A stretch of DNA of 64,000 bases, from positions 3,072,001 through 3,136,000 of the forward strand of contig CAVUDP010000002.1 of NCBI GenBank assembly GCA_963740315.1, given 5' to 3'. The stretch's first letter is position 1. Each line of letters begins with the position of its first letter. Shown piece by piece: positions 1-11,372 of the stretch. Under the pieces are notes generated by a model, which worked only from the letters and a program-made list of their open reading frames with translations, had not been told where the DNA came from and searched no databases. The DNA comes from an uncultured cyanobacterium (GTDB lineage: Bacteria; Cyanobacteriota; Cyanobacteriia; Cyanobacteriales; Nostocaceae). Both the position numbers and the translations under genes were made by a program.

Positions 1-51
1 TTTTATTACCCTAATAATCATTAAAATATTTGTATTTGCTGCGATTAAATT

Positions 52-2058
52 ATGTTAGAACAAGGTACTATCAGTATCCATACTGAGAATATTTTCCCGA
101 TTATCAAGAAATCTCTTTACTCAGATCATCAAATCTTTTTACGGGAATTGGTATCAAATGCCGTTGATGCGATCCAAAAGCTGCAAATGGTGGCTCGCTC
201 TGGGGATTTTTCAGGAGAAATCGGTGAATCGGAAATTGTACTTGCTGTAGATAAGGATAAAAAAACTCTTTCTATTACCGATAATGGCATCGGTATGACG
301 GCAGAAGAAATCAAGAAGTATATCAACCAGGTTGCTTTCTCTAGTGCTGAAGAATTTGTTCAGAAGTATCAAGGTGAAGCCGATCGCCCAATTATCGGTC
401 ATTTTGGACTCGGTTTTTACTCTTCTTTCATGGTGGCTAAACAGGTTGAAATCGATACTTTATCTTACAAGGAAGGTGCAGAGCCAGTTCACTGGAATTG
501 TGATGGTTCCCCAAATTTCACTTTAGAAGAATCATCCCGCACTACTCGCGGTACTACTATTACTCTTCACCTGATGGAAGAGGAAGAAGAGTTTGTTGAA
601 GAAGCACGAATCAATAATCTTGTCAAGACCTACTGCGATTTTATGCCCGTACCCATCAAGCTTGATGGTGAGGTATTAAACCGACAAAAAGCACCGTGGC
701 GCGAATCTGCCAGTAATTTGACTAAAGAAGATTACCTGGAATTCTACCGCTACCTGTATCCTTTTGAAGAAGAACCGCTACTTTGGGTACATTTGAATAC
801 CGATTATCCCTTCATTGTTAACGGTATTCTTTATTTTCCCAAATTAAAGCCCGATGTTGACGTGAGCAGAGGACAAATCAAACTATTCTGCAATCAAGTA
901 TTTGTTAGCGACAACTGCGAAGAAATTATTCCTCAATTCTTGTTGCCCATGCGGGGCGTAATTGATAGTAGCGACATTCCGCTCAACGTATCCCGGAGTG
1001 CATTGCAAGGCGATCGCACCGTAAAAAGAATCGGCGATTACGTTGCCAAGAAAGTGGGCGATCGGCTCAAACAACTGTACCGCGACGACCGCGAGCAGTA
1101 CATTTATGCTTGGAAGGATTTAGCAACTTTCGTTAAATTTGGGGTGATGAATGATGAGAAGTTCCAAAAGCAAGTAGAAGATATCGTAGTTTTTCGTACT
1201 ACTAAACAAACGGACAAGCAAGCAGCCGTAGAAGCAGACACCCCCGCAGTGGAAGTACAGTCTCAAGAAGGCGACGTTTGGCAAGATGTTACTCCAGGTG
1301 GAGAAGCAGAACAAAATCCCGATGCTGCAACTAAAAAATTGCCTTACGTAACCCTCAAAGAGTATTTAGAACGCAACAAACAAAACCACGAAAACCGCGT
1401 CTTTTACTGTACCGATGAAGCATCACAAGCCGCTTACGTAGAATTACATAAAAATCAAGGTTTAGAAGTCTTATATTTAGACTCCTTCATCGACACCCAC
1501 TTTATCAACTTCCTCGAACGCGAATACAACGAAGTCAAATTCACCCGCGTAGACTCCGACTTGGATAACACCCTGCTAGACAAAGATAAATCCGAGGAAA
1601 TAGTAGATCCAACAACCAACAAAACCAAAGCCGACACGATCAAAGAAATATTTGAGAAAGCCCTCAACAAACCCAAACTCAACATTCGTACAGAATCCTT
1701 AAAATCCGACAACCCCCAAGGAACACCACCAGCAATGGTGCTTTTACCAGAAATACTGCGTCGCTTGCGAGAAATGAACGCCATGATGCAGCAGCAAACA
1801 GTAGAATTTCCCGAAGAACACGTATTATTAGTTAATACCAGCCATCCACTGATCCAGAACCTAGCAAATCTCAACCAAGGTACTATCATTCAAGATGGCG
1901 GACAATCGCCCACGAGTGAGTTGGTAAATTCAATTTGCCAACACGTTTATGACTTAGCCCTAATGTCCCAAAAAGGCTTCGACGCAGACGGAATGAAATC
2001 CTTCGTACAACGTTCCAACGAAGTACTTACAAAGCTGACAGAACAAGCGGCGAAGTGA
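52..2058 (+). CDS. htpG: Molecular chaperone HtpG (Hsp90)
   Basis: 668 aa; GHKL motifs IFLRELVSNAVDA, DNGIGM, IIGHFGLGFYS; PLNVSRS. Confidence 0.97.
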   Translation: MLEQGTISIHTENIFPIIKKSLYSDHQIFLRELVSNAVDAIQKLQMVARSGDFSGEIGESEIVLAVDKDKKTLSITDNGIGMTAEEIKKYINQVAFSSAEEFVQKYQGEADRPIIGHFGLGFYSSFMVAKQVEIDTLSYKEGAEPVHWNCDGSPNFTLEESSRTTRGTTITLHLMEEEEEFVEEARINNLVKTYCDFMPVPIKLDGEVLNRQKAPWRESASNLTKEDYLEFYRYLYPFEEEPLLWVHLNTDYPFIVNGILYFPKLKPDVDVSRGQIKLFCNQVFVSDNCEEIIPQFLLPMRGVIDSSDIPLNVSRSALQGDRTVKRIGDYVAKKVGDRLKQLYRDDREQYIYAWKDLATFVKFGVMNDEKFQKQVEDIVVFRTTKQTDKQAAVEADTPAVEVQSQEGDVWQDVTPGGEAEQNPDAATKKLPYVTLKEYLERNKQNHENRVFYCTDEASQAAYVELHKNQGLEVLYLDSFIDTHFINFLEREYNEVKFTRVDSDLDNTLLDKDKSEEIVDPTTNKTKADTIKEIFEKALNKPKLNIRTESLKSDNPQGTPPAMVLLPEILRRLREMNAMMQQQTVEFPEEHVLLVNTSHPLIQNLANLNQGTIIQDGGQSPTSELVNSICQHVYDLALMSQKGFDADGMKSFVQRSNEVLTKLTEQAAK

Positions 2059-2060
2059 TA

Positions 2061-2250
2061 TAAGGTCAAAGGTTAAAGGTTAAAGGTTAAAGGTAGGGAG
2101 TAGGAATTGGGCATGGGGAATAGGTGGGAGTTAGGAGTTAGGAGTTGAGAGTTAGGAGTTTTAATTCTCTCCTTGTCCCCTTGTCCCCTTGTCTCCCCAT
2201 CTCCCCATCCCCCCATCCCCCCATCCCCCCATCTCCCCATCCCCCCTCTC
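2061..2250. repeat. Composite STRR array (aaggtta, ggagtta, ccttgtcc, ccccatc/ccccatct units)
   Basis: Short tandem 7-8-mers directly after the htpG stop codon. Confidence 0.9.
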
Positions 2251-2296
2251 TCATATAAAATAGAAAATTACGTTAAAAAATAGGAGATTCTTCAAT

Positions 2297-2533
2297 ATGT
2301 CTCGTGTATGTCAATTGACTGGTAAGAAAGCTAATAACGCTTTTGCGGTTTCTCACTCTCACCGTCGTACCAAGAAACTTCAACAGGCTAACCTGCAAAG
2401 CAAGCGGGTTTGGTGGGCTGAAGGTAATCGCTGGGTGAGACTAAAGCTTTCTACTAAGGCAATCAAAACTTTGGAAAAGAAGGGTTTGGATGCAATGGCT
2501 AAAGAAGCTGGAATTAATCTCAATCGTATGTAA
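2297..2533 (+). CDS. rpmB: 50S ribosomal protein L28
   Basis: [35 protein letters not shown] upstream. Confidence 0.97.
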   Translation: MSRVCQLTGKKANNAFAVSHSHRRTKKLQQANLQSKRVWWAEGNRWVRLKLSTKAIKTLEKKGLDAMAKEAGINLNRM

Positions 2534-2587
2534 GTTGGAATTGCGGGTAATTAAACAAATATTGCCTTTACAACTCATCAAGTTTTT

Positions 2588-2623
2588 AAGCCCACATATG
2601 TCATGTATGTGGGCTTTGTTTTT
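2588..2623 (+). terminator. Rho-independent terminator after rpmB
   Basis: Stem aagcccacata / tatgtgggctt followed by T-rich tail. Confidence 0.75.
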
Positions 2624-2776
2624 GGAGGTTTAGCCGCAACTAATACATTAATTTTGCTGGGTAAAGAGGTTCGTAGTAAGTGCTTTAGCGCTCCGGATTT
2701 AGTACTAAAATCGGCACGTCGGACTCATCTATAAAGGGGTGTAGGCGACTTTGCGAAAAATTATGCGTTATATCCC

Positions 2777-2919
2777 TTGGGCAGATGTTGCATTGGGCAG
2801 ACGTTGCATTGGGGAGACGTTGCATTGGGCAGACGTTGCATTGGGGAGACGTTGCATTGGGGAGACGTTGCATTGGGCAGACGTTGCATTGGGCAGACGT
2901 TGCACTGCAACGTCTCTAC
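2777..2919. repeat. 8 x 16-bp tandem (ttggg[c/g]agacgttgca) ending in the right arm of a REP-like palindrome (tgcaacgtctctac)
   Basis: Units counted directly, 2777-2904; no spacers. Confidence 0.9.
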
Positions 2920-3433
2920 ATACATTTTTGGTGAAGAAATTTAATGTCTTTATAATAAAATCCGCAATATTTTTTAAGACGGCTGATAACTTTACCGTTG
3001 CAAGTGGGTACTATAACTTTAGTCTGCTAATCACAACTTCATAAAGTTGTCTTGAGCTAATACTAAATTAAGTAAAAAATCCGCAAAAATCCCATGTAGC
3101 TATGGCTTTATTTTTCTCCGTCGGCTATAAATTAAATAATTCCGATAATTTTATTTTTGACCGGAAAAACATAAAAAATTTACCAAATTAAAATAGCACT
3201 TTTGTTTGATTTGTGAAACTTTATGATGCCAAACGCTGCCAACTAAAACAAGTTTTAGGTTGGCTATGTTTATATTTCATTTCTCTTTCATAAAAACTTT
3301 GCAGTAGCGATTTTGTTACTGTATTCGGGATTGAAACATCCGCGTGCCTGAGAAACTATAGGCATTATTTTCAAAAACTTTAAAAATATTTAATTTCAAA
3401 AATCGCATTAAAACTCTTGATAGGAAAGTAGCT

Positions 3434-6400
3434 ATGTCAAAAAATCGTAAGTTAGTCAGGGCAGTTCAAAACTTTTACCAACGGTTTCAACCTAATCCAT
3501 CTACTGTAAAAGAACAAAGTTTATGGCTTTTACGAAGTTTCATAGTTACTAAGAAGCGACCGGAATGGGTTAATGCTGGTTTTGTTTTACCAACGGTGGC
3601 GATGGTTTCGTTGGTAGTTGTGTTGCTGACTGTAGCAATTTTATTTAGGTCGTTTGAGCGTTCTAAGAATGTAAGTAATGTCAGAGTTAACCAGGTAGTT
3701 CTGAATGCTGCATTACCTGCTATCGATCGGGCTAAGGCGAAGATTGATAAGTTACTTCAAGACCCGACTCTACCGCGTTCAACTCCATCAGATGGTTCTC
3801 TTTATACTGCTATTACTAAAGATAAAAAGCTTGCTGATTATACATTTGGTGATGAAACTCCTTTAGCTGTTAAGTATGACATTAATGGGAACGAAACTAT
3901 AGACACTGATGAGACACAATTAGAGAGAAAGGAAATTAAGAATACTGCTTGGAGATTTCCTGTAGATACTGATAATAACGGTAAATACGATAGCTTTACA
4001 CTTTATACAATTAACTTTCGTAGCCCCAGTCGAGGTGCTGACGGTAAATTTGACCGCGCTCGCAGTCCTTTAGATGCTAGAACACCTCCTATGGATGATG
4101 GCTCATTGAGCGGAGCCTGTGCGGGAGCAAAAGGTAGTAGTTCAAGTTTGATTGGTGATTCTGGCTGGTATAAGTCAGGAGGTAACTTAAAGAAGAGCTT
4201 TTTTGTTTATGTTGCTACCGTACCGATTACTGATGATAGTTTTGTTGATGGTGATAAATACGAAACATTTAAAGGTAATCAAGGCTTTTCCGCTGTAGAA
4301 TACCAGCAAGATCAAGAGCGGATTCCAATTGTTAACAATGCGGTTGTTTACGAAGATGATTTAGAAATTACGCCTGGTGCAGGATTAAAGCTTAACGGAA
4401 GAATTTTTACCAATAGTAATTTACTGACGGCAACAATTTATGATGATATTCGCTTATATCAAGTAAGCAGTCCAAAATCTTGTTTTTATGAAGCAGAATT
4501 TAGCAAAATTATAGTTGGCGGTAATCTTGGTTACGGTCGTATTTTTGGTTCAAATAGAAGAAACCCCGTTCGAGTAGACTTGTTTGATAAAGACAATGCA
4601 AACGGAGCAAAGGCAAGTATTGAGGGTGATACTAGGTCTGCTAGCAATAGCTCTGCCGAAATAGCCTACAATGCTCAAGCTTATGCACAAAGAATTGATT
4701 TACAAGTACAAGAAGCACTTAAGTTATCTACTGAACTTGATGATTACAGCAAAGATCCACAGGAAGTACAGCAAAGTATTAAAGCTAAAGTCGAAGATGA
4801 GAACAATACCAAAAAAGTTGAAGATATACGTCGGGAAGAACTAGAAGCTTACTTTAAAAAGCGTACACGTAAAGTTCCTTTTGCAGATCCCGCTCAAACA
4901 GTTACAAGCGTCACTCTTCAAAATGATGGTACCGATCCAGATAAAGGTGTTAAGGGATTAAGAGGACCCGATCAATGGATTTATCCTTTTAGCCTTACTA
5001 GCAATAGTACAAATTATACAGGACTAAGCCTTTTTCTTGATAGACTACCTGCTACAGCGCCAAACAAACTGACAGAGTTTTATAAGGGAAAAGAAAAATT
5101 AATTGGCGATCGCATTTTAGTTGGTAATAATTTACCTGCTCGGTGGTATAGCCCAAATGAAAACGATTTTGTAGGAAATAAAGCGAATCAAAAAGTTTTG
5201 CCTCAACAAGAATGGAGTGATTTTTTTCAGGATGACGACGAAAACAAATATCGTTACCGCAATACTAGAATCGAACAGTTAGTTAGCCTTGAAAACGCTA
5301 CCAAACGAAATGACTTTTTTGAGCAAGAAGCCACAAAGCAGCCAAAAAGTCCCCTGGATAATGTTGGCGGTATGCGTGTAGTCACGGGAGCGGGTATTTA
5401 TGTTGACGGTAGTACAGACTATCCCCGAGGTACGAATATATTGGCTCGTGAAGCTCCTGAATGGGATACAAACTTTGTAGATACAACGAATTCAGATACA
5501 AACCGAGTTTGGCTTAACAGTCTCAATTTTAATAACGATACTACAAAACCACCGATAAAAGTTTGGTCGGATTCTATGCCGATGGGCGATCCAGCTGCAC
5601 TAACATCGAGAGGCGACTTATTAATGAGGGCAACTGCTGTTTATCACTATAAAGATAATCACGGCAAAGATCAGACACCCATCGCTTGCGTTAGCAGCTA
5701 TTATGACCCGACAAATGCAACTACTGCTCAAAATAATTCTACTGTAAGAAGTTCGTGGGAAAATCCAGATGCCGCTCCAGGGGTCAACAACGGTAAATCT
5801 AATAATGGTATTGTTTATCCTTCCTACAGTGGAGCCAGATCGAGTGCCATAAGTACGTATCGGACACAACTAGAAAATCAGGCAAGATTAGTATATCCTA
5901 ACGGGCGTTTTGTTAATGAACCTTTAAGAAACGCTATGCAACAGCATAGTGCTAGCAAACCTCTTTCAATGGCTGATAATTCTGCAATTGATACGGCAGT
6001 TTGTGCCATTGAAATTCTTGCAGGTACATTGACACCTAGCGCCAGTAAAATACCTCACGGAACTATCTACGAAACTTCATTCCTAGATGCCAGACAAGTC
6101 AAATCAATTGAAGACACACCGAATACAGCCGACCCAAGTATAAATGCAGATTACAACGCTAGCTTAGAACAGCGTCAACCATTGGAAGTGCGCGTTACGG
6201 TTCTAGATATGAACCAACTGCGTCAGACAACGATTGGTACTGCTTCACCGACACAGGAATATTTACTACCAAACAGCGGCATTATTTATGCTACCCGCGA
6301 TGACGCTCTTCTCGATTTGAGCGTCCAACCCGGTACAGGTCAGAATAACATTGCATCTCAAAAGAAAAATATTGATCAAAGAAAGTTAATCAGTCCAACT

Positions 6401-8539
6401 GACTACAAAGTTGACCCTACTCGTCGTGCAAACGGCATCATGCTGATTAATGGAGCGCGACTAGACCGAGAAGAGAATTATAGAGACGCAGAAAAAGGCT
6501 TAATTTTAGCAACTAATGTTCCTGCATATGTAAAGGGTAATTTTAACCTTCATGCCGAAGGAGGTAATGCGGGTAATCTAGTCGAAGAGTTTGAAGATCA
6601 GTTAAGAGATGATGACGGAAATATAGATTGGGGTAAGTTTTATACACGCGCTGCAACACGCGATAAGAATTTTGCTTGTCGTAAAGAAGATCCAAGGCTT
6701 CCCGACTGTACTCAAGGAGATAGCTGGCGACCTGCTTCAGTTTTAGCAGATGCTGTCACCATACTTTCTGATAATTTCCGCTTTGGTTTTCGTAATGAAG
6801 GAGACTTTGATTTAAGAAATAATGCAGGTAATGCTGTCATTCCTCAGTTTGACTTTAATGGTGATGGAACCGTAGACAGCAACGATACAGGTAACGAAAC
6901 TCTGCTTCGGATTGACCTTAATGGTGATGGGGATACGACCGATCCTCAAGAAATTTTGCTTGCTGACCTTAATGGTGATGGAGATGCAAATGACACTACT
7001 GTATCTGGAGAAAACCCAGTTAGAATTGCCGCGATTCGCAGAGTATTAGGATTTTTTGAGAATAACTTCCTTAGTAGTGCCGATTGGTTTGATGCGACTA
7101 GTAATATAGACGCTCCTAAAAACGATTTCGATCCTAATACAACTGGTAATCAGTCAGGAAGTTCCTATGTAAACAACTTTGTCACCCCAATTCAACGGCG
7201 AGTGTTGTTTGGCGAATATGTAATGGAAGTTTGCCGTACAGTACCTGTAGAACGATGTCGTCCGCAAGATTGGGTTGTTTTAATTGATGAAGATGGTAAT
7301 CCTGCAACACCATCAACTACACCTACAGTAACAAGAACTAGTCAACTACAGGTTGCAACAAGTGCAACCACTGGGACACAGGCAAATTTACTTGTATCTG
7401 GTACAACGGCTCAACTTGCCAACGCGCAGAACCGACGTTTTGCCCGCAGAATAGCTTTTTTACGTGATAGGAATAACAGATTAGTACTCGATCGAAATGG
7501 TTATCCAGTACCTTTGGGAGTAAATTCAAATGGCAGGGTCACTTATTACCCATACAATGATATAACTATTCCATTTCAAGGCAACGTATTTGACCCTAGC
7601 GTTACAACGACACAAAATTTCCTTGCTTTCAGTCGCACTAATGCAGCCCGACGACCTCGAAGAGTTAACAGAGCGCTATGGTTCAGAACTGCCGACGACA
7701 CTAATTTCAACAACGGTCTAACCAGAGGAACTAATTACGGCAACGAACGCCCACTGTATTTTTCAAACCAATTAATACGAAATACTGGTTTCGCTGCTCC
7801 TGCTGGTAATTACCGAGAGGGTACCACCGAGCAACCGCTGTTAGTACCAGTGCTACAAATCCATATGCCACATGACGAGTGGACTGCTAATAACGGGGAC
7901 CCTGGTACAGATCGAGATAACCTACCTGGCACTACAAAAAGAGGTTTTGCCAGAGAAAGAAACTGGTTGGTAAGAGCGACTAACACAACAACAAATCTAG
8001 CCATAGTTGGTGGTGATACTCCCTCAGCCGGAAACGAGACAAACGGTGGTTTAGAAAACTTTGTACGTTACTTAGAAGATTGGGCAATAAATAATACCAA
8101 TGATCCCCCCAAGTTTAATCACAACTTAAGTGGTTCACTTATCCAATACAAACGTAGTACTTATGCTAGTACACCTTGGCAAATTTTACGACAAAATAGG
8201 GGCGCAAGCATTTTCGGCTCTGATTATCCACAACTGTATCAAACTAACACTAGTAGTGGAACAACGCCATTTTATACACCACCTTCACGTCAATGGGGTT
8301 TTGATGTAGGTTTGCTATCTCAGCTACCTGACTTGTTTGCCCAAACCTTCACCTTACCGCCTACAAGTGAGCCTGATGAGTTTTTTAGAGAGGTAAATCG
8401 AGATGATAAATGGGTAAAAGCTTTACTTTGTGCCAAAACTGCAAATGTAGGTACGGATAAGATTGAAATCACTGATAACAATGCAGTTCCCGATAGACAG
8501 CGCCCAGCTCAATTCTGTCAAGAAAAAGCAGGCGGTTAA
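3434..8539 (+). CDS. hpsA: Hormogonium polysaccharide biosynthesis protein HpsA (large pilin-like/PilX-type N-terminus)
   Basis: 1701 aa; prepilin-like AGFVLPTVAMVSLVVVLL segment; precedes three pilin-like genes and glycosyltransferases as in the Nostoc hps locus. Confidence 0.88.
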   Translation: MSKNRKLVRAVQNFYQRFQPNPSTVKEQSLWLLRSFIVTKKRPEWVNAGFVLPTVAMVSLVVVLLTVAILFRSFERSKNVSNVRVNQVVLNAALPAIDRAKAKIDKLLQDPTLPRSTPSDGSLYTAITKDKKLADYTFGDETPLAVKYDINGNETIDTDETQLERKEIKNTAWRFPVDTDNNGKYDSFTLYTINFRSPSRGADGKFDRARSPLDARTPPMDDGSLSGACAGAKGSSSSLIGDSGWYKSGGNLKKSFFVYVATVPITDDSFVDGDKYETFKGNQGFSAVEYQQDQERIPIVNNAVVYEDDLEITPGAGLKLNGRIFTNSNLLTATIYDDIRLYQVSSPKSCFYEAEFSKIIVGGNLGYGRIFGSNRRNPVRVDLFDKDNANGAKASIEGDTRSASNSSAEIAYNAQAYAQRIDLQVQEALKLSTELDDYSKDPQEVQQSIKAKVEDENNTKKVEDIRREELEAYFKKRTRKVPFADPAQTVTSVTLQNDGTDPDKGVKGLRGPDQWIYPFSLTSNSTNYTGLSLFLDRLPATAPNKLTEFYKGKEKLIGDRILVGNNLPARWYSPNENDFVGNKANQKVLPQQEWSDFFQDDDENKYRYRNTRIEQLVSLENATKRNDFFEQEATKQPKSPLDNVGGMRVVTGAGIYVDGSTDYPRGTNILAREAPEWDTNFVDTTNSDTNRVWLNSLNFNNDTTKPPIKVWSDSMPMGDPAALTSRGDLLMRATAVYHYKDNHGKDQTPIACVSSYYDPTNATTAQNNSTVRSSWENPDAAPGVNNGKSNNGIVYPSYSGARSSAISTYRTQLENQARLVYPNGRFVNEPLRNAMQQHSASKPLSMADNSAIDTAVCAIEILAGTLTPSASKIPHGTIYETSFLDARQVKSIEDTPNTADPSINADYNASLEQRQPLEVRVTVLDMNQLRQTTIGTASPTQEYLLPNSGIIYATRDDALLDLSVQPGTGQNNIASQKKNIDQRKLISPTDYKVDPTRRANGIMLINGARLDREENYRDAEKGLILATNVPAYVKGNFNLHAEGGNAGNLVEEFEDQLRDDDGNIDWGKFYTRAATRDKNFACRKEDPRLPDCTQGDSWRPASVLADAVTILSDNFRFGFRNEGDFDLRNNAGNAVIPQFDFNGDGTVDSNDTGNETLLRIDLNGDGDTTDPQEILLADLNGDGDANDTTVSGENPVRIAAIRRVLGFFENNFLSSADWFDATSNIDAPKNDFDPNTTGNQSGSSYVNNFVTPIQRRVLFGEYVMEVCRTVPVERCRPQDWVVLIDEDGNPATPSTTPTVTRTSQLQVATSATTGTQANLLVSGTTAQLANAQNRRFARRIAFLRDRNNRLVLDRNGYPVPLGVNSNGRVTYYPYNDITIPFQGNVFDPSVTTTQNFLAFSRTNAARRPRRVNRALWFRTADDTNFNNGLTRGTNYGNERPLYFSNQLIRNTGFAAPAGNYREGTTEQPLLVPVLQIHMPHDEWTANNGDPGTDRDNLPGTTKRGFARERNWLVRATNTTTNLAIVGGDTPSAGNETNGGLENFVRYLEDWAINNTNDPPKFNHNLSGSLIQYKRSTYASTPWQILRQNRGASIFGSDYPQLYQTNTSSGTTPFYTPPSRQWGFDVGLLSQLPDLFAQTFTLPPTSEPDEFFREVNRDDKWVKALLCAKTANVGTDKIEITDNNAVPDRQRPAQFCQEKAGG

Positions 8540-8658
8540 TAAATATTTCAATCTTTGATTTATTAGCTTAATTTCATGGGGAAGAAATGAGATAAAAAGA
8601 AAATTATTTTCTTCCCTACTTCTTATTTCTTCTCAGTCAAATAGACAAAACGCAAATC

Positions 8659-9387
8659 ATGCTTAAACATCAACTCCAGCAACTTTCTGCTAAAAAGAAT
8701 CAAGCCGGTTTCACAATCATCGAATCTTTAGTAGCAGTTATCGTACTTGGCATTTTAATGACTGCGATCGCTCCGACAATTGTTCTTTCAACTGCAACAA
8801 GAGTTCAATCAAGACGTGTAGAGCTAGCGACTTTAGCAGCCGGAGCTTATATTGATGGCGTAGTTTCTGGAAACATTCCCGCTCCGCCTATTTCAAAAGT
8901 TGACGAGGACGACGATAATCAAAAAACCAACGATATGGTAGCAGCTCCTGGAACAAGCTTAAGGTGCAATGACCTTGACAATCTTAGAGAAGAGAAAGGT
9001 TATTGTACTTTACCTGAAGATAATTCATATAGAGTTTACTGTGTTGATGGTAGTGGTGATGGGAAATGTACCCAAAATGAATCAAAAGACATGATTGTGC
9101 AAGCATTTGGTTTTAACCCACAATCAACAAACGCTACAGAAGGTTATAAATTAGGCGTTCGAGTCTATAGAGCAGATGCTTTTAGTGATAATAAGGCTTT
9201 ACAAAAGAATGTCGATGGAGAAAAAGCAACACAATCAACTTTTACTGGTGGGCTGGGTAAACGCAAAGCACCTTTAGTACAAATAACAACTGATGTAGTT
9301 GTTCCGGGACAAACGACATTTAAAAACTGGTGTTCTCGTTTGACAGATGAGAATAACTCAAATTCAAATAAAAAGTGCATTAATTAG
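8659..9387 (+). CDS. hpsB: Pilin-like protein HpsB
   Basis: Prepilin cleavage motif G|FTIIE plus hydrophobic helix; position after hpsA. Confidence 0.8.
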   Translation: MLKHQLQQLSAKKNQAGFTIIESLVAVIVLGILMTAIAPTIVLSTATRVQSRRVELATLAAGAYIDGVVSGNIPAPPISKVDEDDDNQKTNDMVAAPGTSLRCNDLDNLREEKGYCTLPEDNSYRVYCVDGSGDGKCTQNESKDMIVQAFGFNPQSTNATEGYKLGVRVYRADAFSDNKALQKNVDGEKATQSTFTGGLGKRKAPLVQITTDVVVPGQTTFKNWCSRLTDENNSNSNKKCIN

Positions 9388-9419
9388 CAATCAAAAAATA
9401 GTAAAGAATCGCACGCAAC

Positions 9420-10523
9420 ATGATAAATAAACCTTATTTTTTTCTTAAATATCATCTTCGTAAAAAGCCTTCTCATATTACTAGCAAGAATAGCGGATTT
9501 ACCCTTATCGAACTTTTGGTAGCAATGATTCTTGCAGTCTTGGTGATTACACCTTTACTAGGCTTTATGGTTAATATTTTAAATACTGACCGCAAAGAAC
9601 AAGCCAAAGTCAACTCAGAACAAGAAATTCAGACAGCCCTCGATTACATTGCTCAAGATTTGAAGCAAGCTATATACATATATGACGCAAAAGGTATAAA
9701 AGCTATACAAGATCAACTTCCCTACGCTAGCGATGCAGATAAAGTACCCGTATTAGTATTTTGGAAACGTGAATTTAAAAAAGGGGCTATTAGCGGTTCT
9801 TTTACAGGTACAAATGATGGTTTTGTTTATTCTTTAGCAGCCTACTATCTGATTCAAAGTAACTCTACTAATAATGCCAATAAAATTTGGTCTAATCAAT
9901 TTCGTATTGCCAAATTTGAATTAAATGGTGGAATTAAAGACCCAGATGAACCTTTTCTTTTAGATAGTCAAGGAAGATTCGTAGAGGATGCAAATGATAA
10001 GCCAATACCTAAATATATTACAGACCCTGACCCAGGTTTTGCTTTATTTGAAATTGATAATCCAGCAATCACAGGTACAGTTGAAAATAAAATGAATAGC
10101 TGGGAAAAAGGTAGTGAAGATTACCAACTTAATAATACTGCGGTTCTAGTTGATTACATTGATGCTAGCCCAAAAAATGCTTCGGCATACCCGGAATTAG
10201 AACCTATTGACTGCACTATTGTATTTGACTTAGACAGGATACCAGATGCAGAAACAGCTTTAAAAGCGAGTAAAACAGCAGCACAGAGGGTTCCATCTTT
10301 TTCCGGAACTCATAGCTATTCTACTAATGGTGATTTAAACAATGGTAGCTTTTATGCTTGCGTAGATGTAGACAGAATATCAGCGAAGGTATTTATTAGA
10401 GGAAACTCTTATGCTCGGATAAATAATGGAGATACAAATTACAATCAAAATCGTAAATCTTATTTCCCAACAGCTAGCTCTCAAGTAAAAGCCAGAGGAA
10501 TTCTTGGTGCATTTAAAGAGTAA
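9420..10523 (+). CDS. hpsC: Pilin-like protein HpsC
   Basis: G|FTLIELLVAMIL motif; synteny. Confidence 0.8.
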   Translation: MINKPYFFLKYHLRKKPSHITSKNSGFTLIELLVAMILAVLVITPLLGFMVNILNTDRKEQAKVNSEQEIQTALDYIAQDLKQAIYIYDAKGIKAIQDQLPYASDADKVPVLVFWKREFKKGAISGSFTGTNDGFVYSLAAYYLIQSNSTNNANKIWSNQFRIAKFELNGGIKDPDEPFLLDSQGRFVEDANDKPIPKYITDPDPGFALFEIDNPAITGTVENKMNSWEKGSEDYQLNNTAVLVDYIDASPKNASAYPELEPIDCTIVFDLDRIPDAETALKASKTAAQRVPSFSGTHSYSTNGDLNNGSFYACVDVDRISAKVFIRGNSYARINNGDTNYNQNRKSYFPTASSQVKARGILGAFKE

Positions 10524-10612
10524 AAATTAATAAATCCAAGACTTTAAAATTAACAGATAAAAATGCTTGCTGATTTATAGAAGTATTTTACTAAAAACTA
10601 TTTAAACAACTA

Positions 10613-11308
10613 ATGAAAAGTACGTTATTCTCAAACCTGCTACAGCAAACTTGCTTGCAAAAAACGTCTGCAAAGCATAAATCAAATCAACCGCGTTATC
10701 GAAATAATCTTAATAGTTCAAATTCTGGTTTTACATTACTTGAAGTCTTGGTAACGATAGTTATCGTCGGTATTCTTTCAGCAATAGCCGCACCGAGTTG
10801 GCTATCTTTTGTTGCTAGACAACGACTAAACAAAGCTAACGATACTGTTTTAGCAGCATTAAGAGAAGCACAAGCAAAAGCAAAAAATACTAAATTTTCT
10901 TACAGTGTTAGTTTCACAACCAAAGATGATGAGCCTAAAGTATTCATTCATCGTCATGATATAGAACCCCGCGACGAAGACTGGTACAGCTTAGGAAGAG
11001 ATTCAGGAGTTAATACACAAAAATTCTTACTCGGTACAAATTTAGCAGGTAAAAACACTAAAATTGATGATAATCAAGCTGTACCCTATGGTAATGATTT
11101 TGATGAAGACAATCCACAAACTATTACCTTCAATTATCAAGGTATTTTGGAATCAACAGGTGGGAATCCTTCCGATACAGGTTTAAAAGTTGTACTAGCT
11201 ATACCTAAGCCCGATACCCCTACACAAGCAAGTGACATAAAACGCTGCGTAATTATAGAAACCCTTATCGGTGGAATACGAACAGCAAAAGACGAAGATT
11301 GCGATTAA
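10613..11308 (+). CDS. hpsD: Pilin-like (FimT/GspH-type) protein, probable HpsD
   Basis: G|FTLLEVLV motif; C-terminal RCV..TL.G motif; synteny. Confidence 0.72.
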   Translation: MKSTLFSNLLQQTCLQKTSAKHKSNQPRYRNNLNSSNSGFTLLEVLVTIVIVGILSAIAAPSWLSFVARQRLNKANDTVLAALREAQAKAKNTKFSYSVSFTTKDDEPKVFIHRHDIEPRDEDWYSLGRDSGVNTQKFLLGTNLAGKNTKIDDNQAVPYGNDFDEDNPQTITFNYQGILESTGGNPSDTGLKVVLAIPKPDTPTQASDIKRCVIIETLIGGIRTAKDEDCD

Positions 11309-11372
11309 TAAACATAACTAAATCCACACAACAGACAAAATATCAAAAATTCAATAATAATACTGAAGCAAT

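Noticed and set aside
2777..2919. Possible CRISPR array
   Set aside because: 16-bp units are contiguous with no unique spacers; no cas genes in the window
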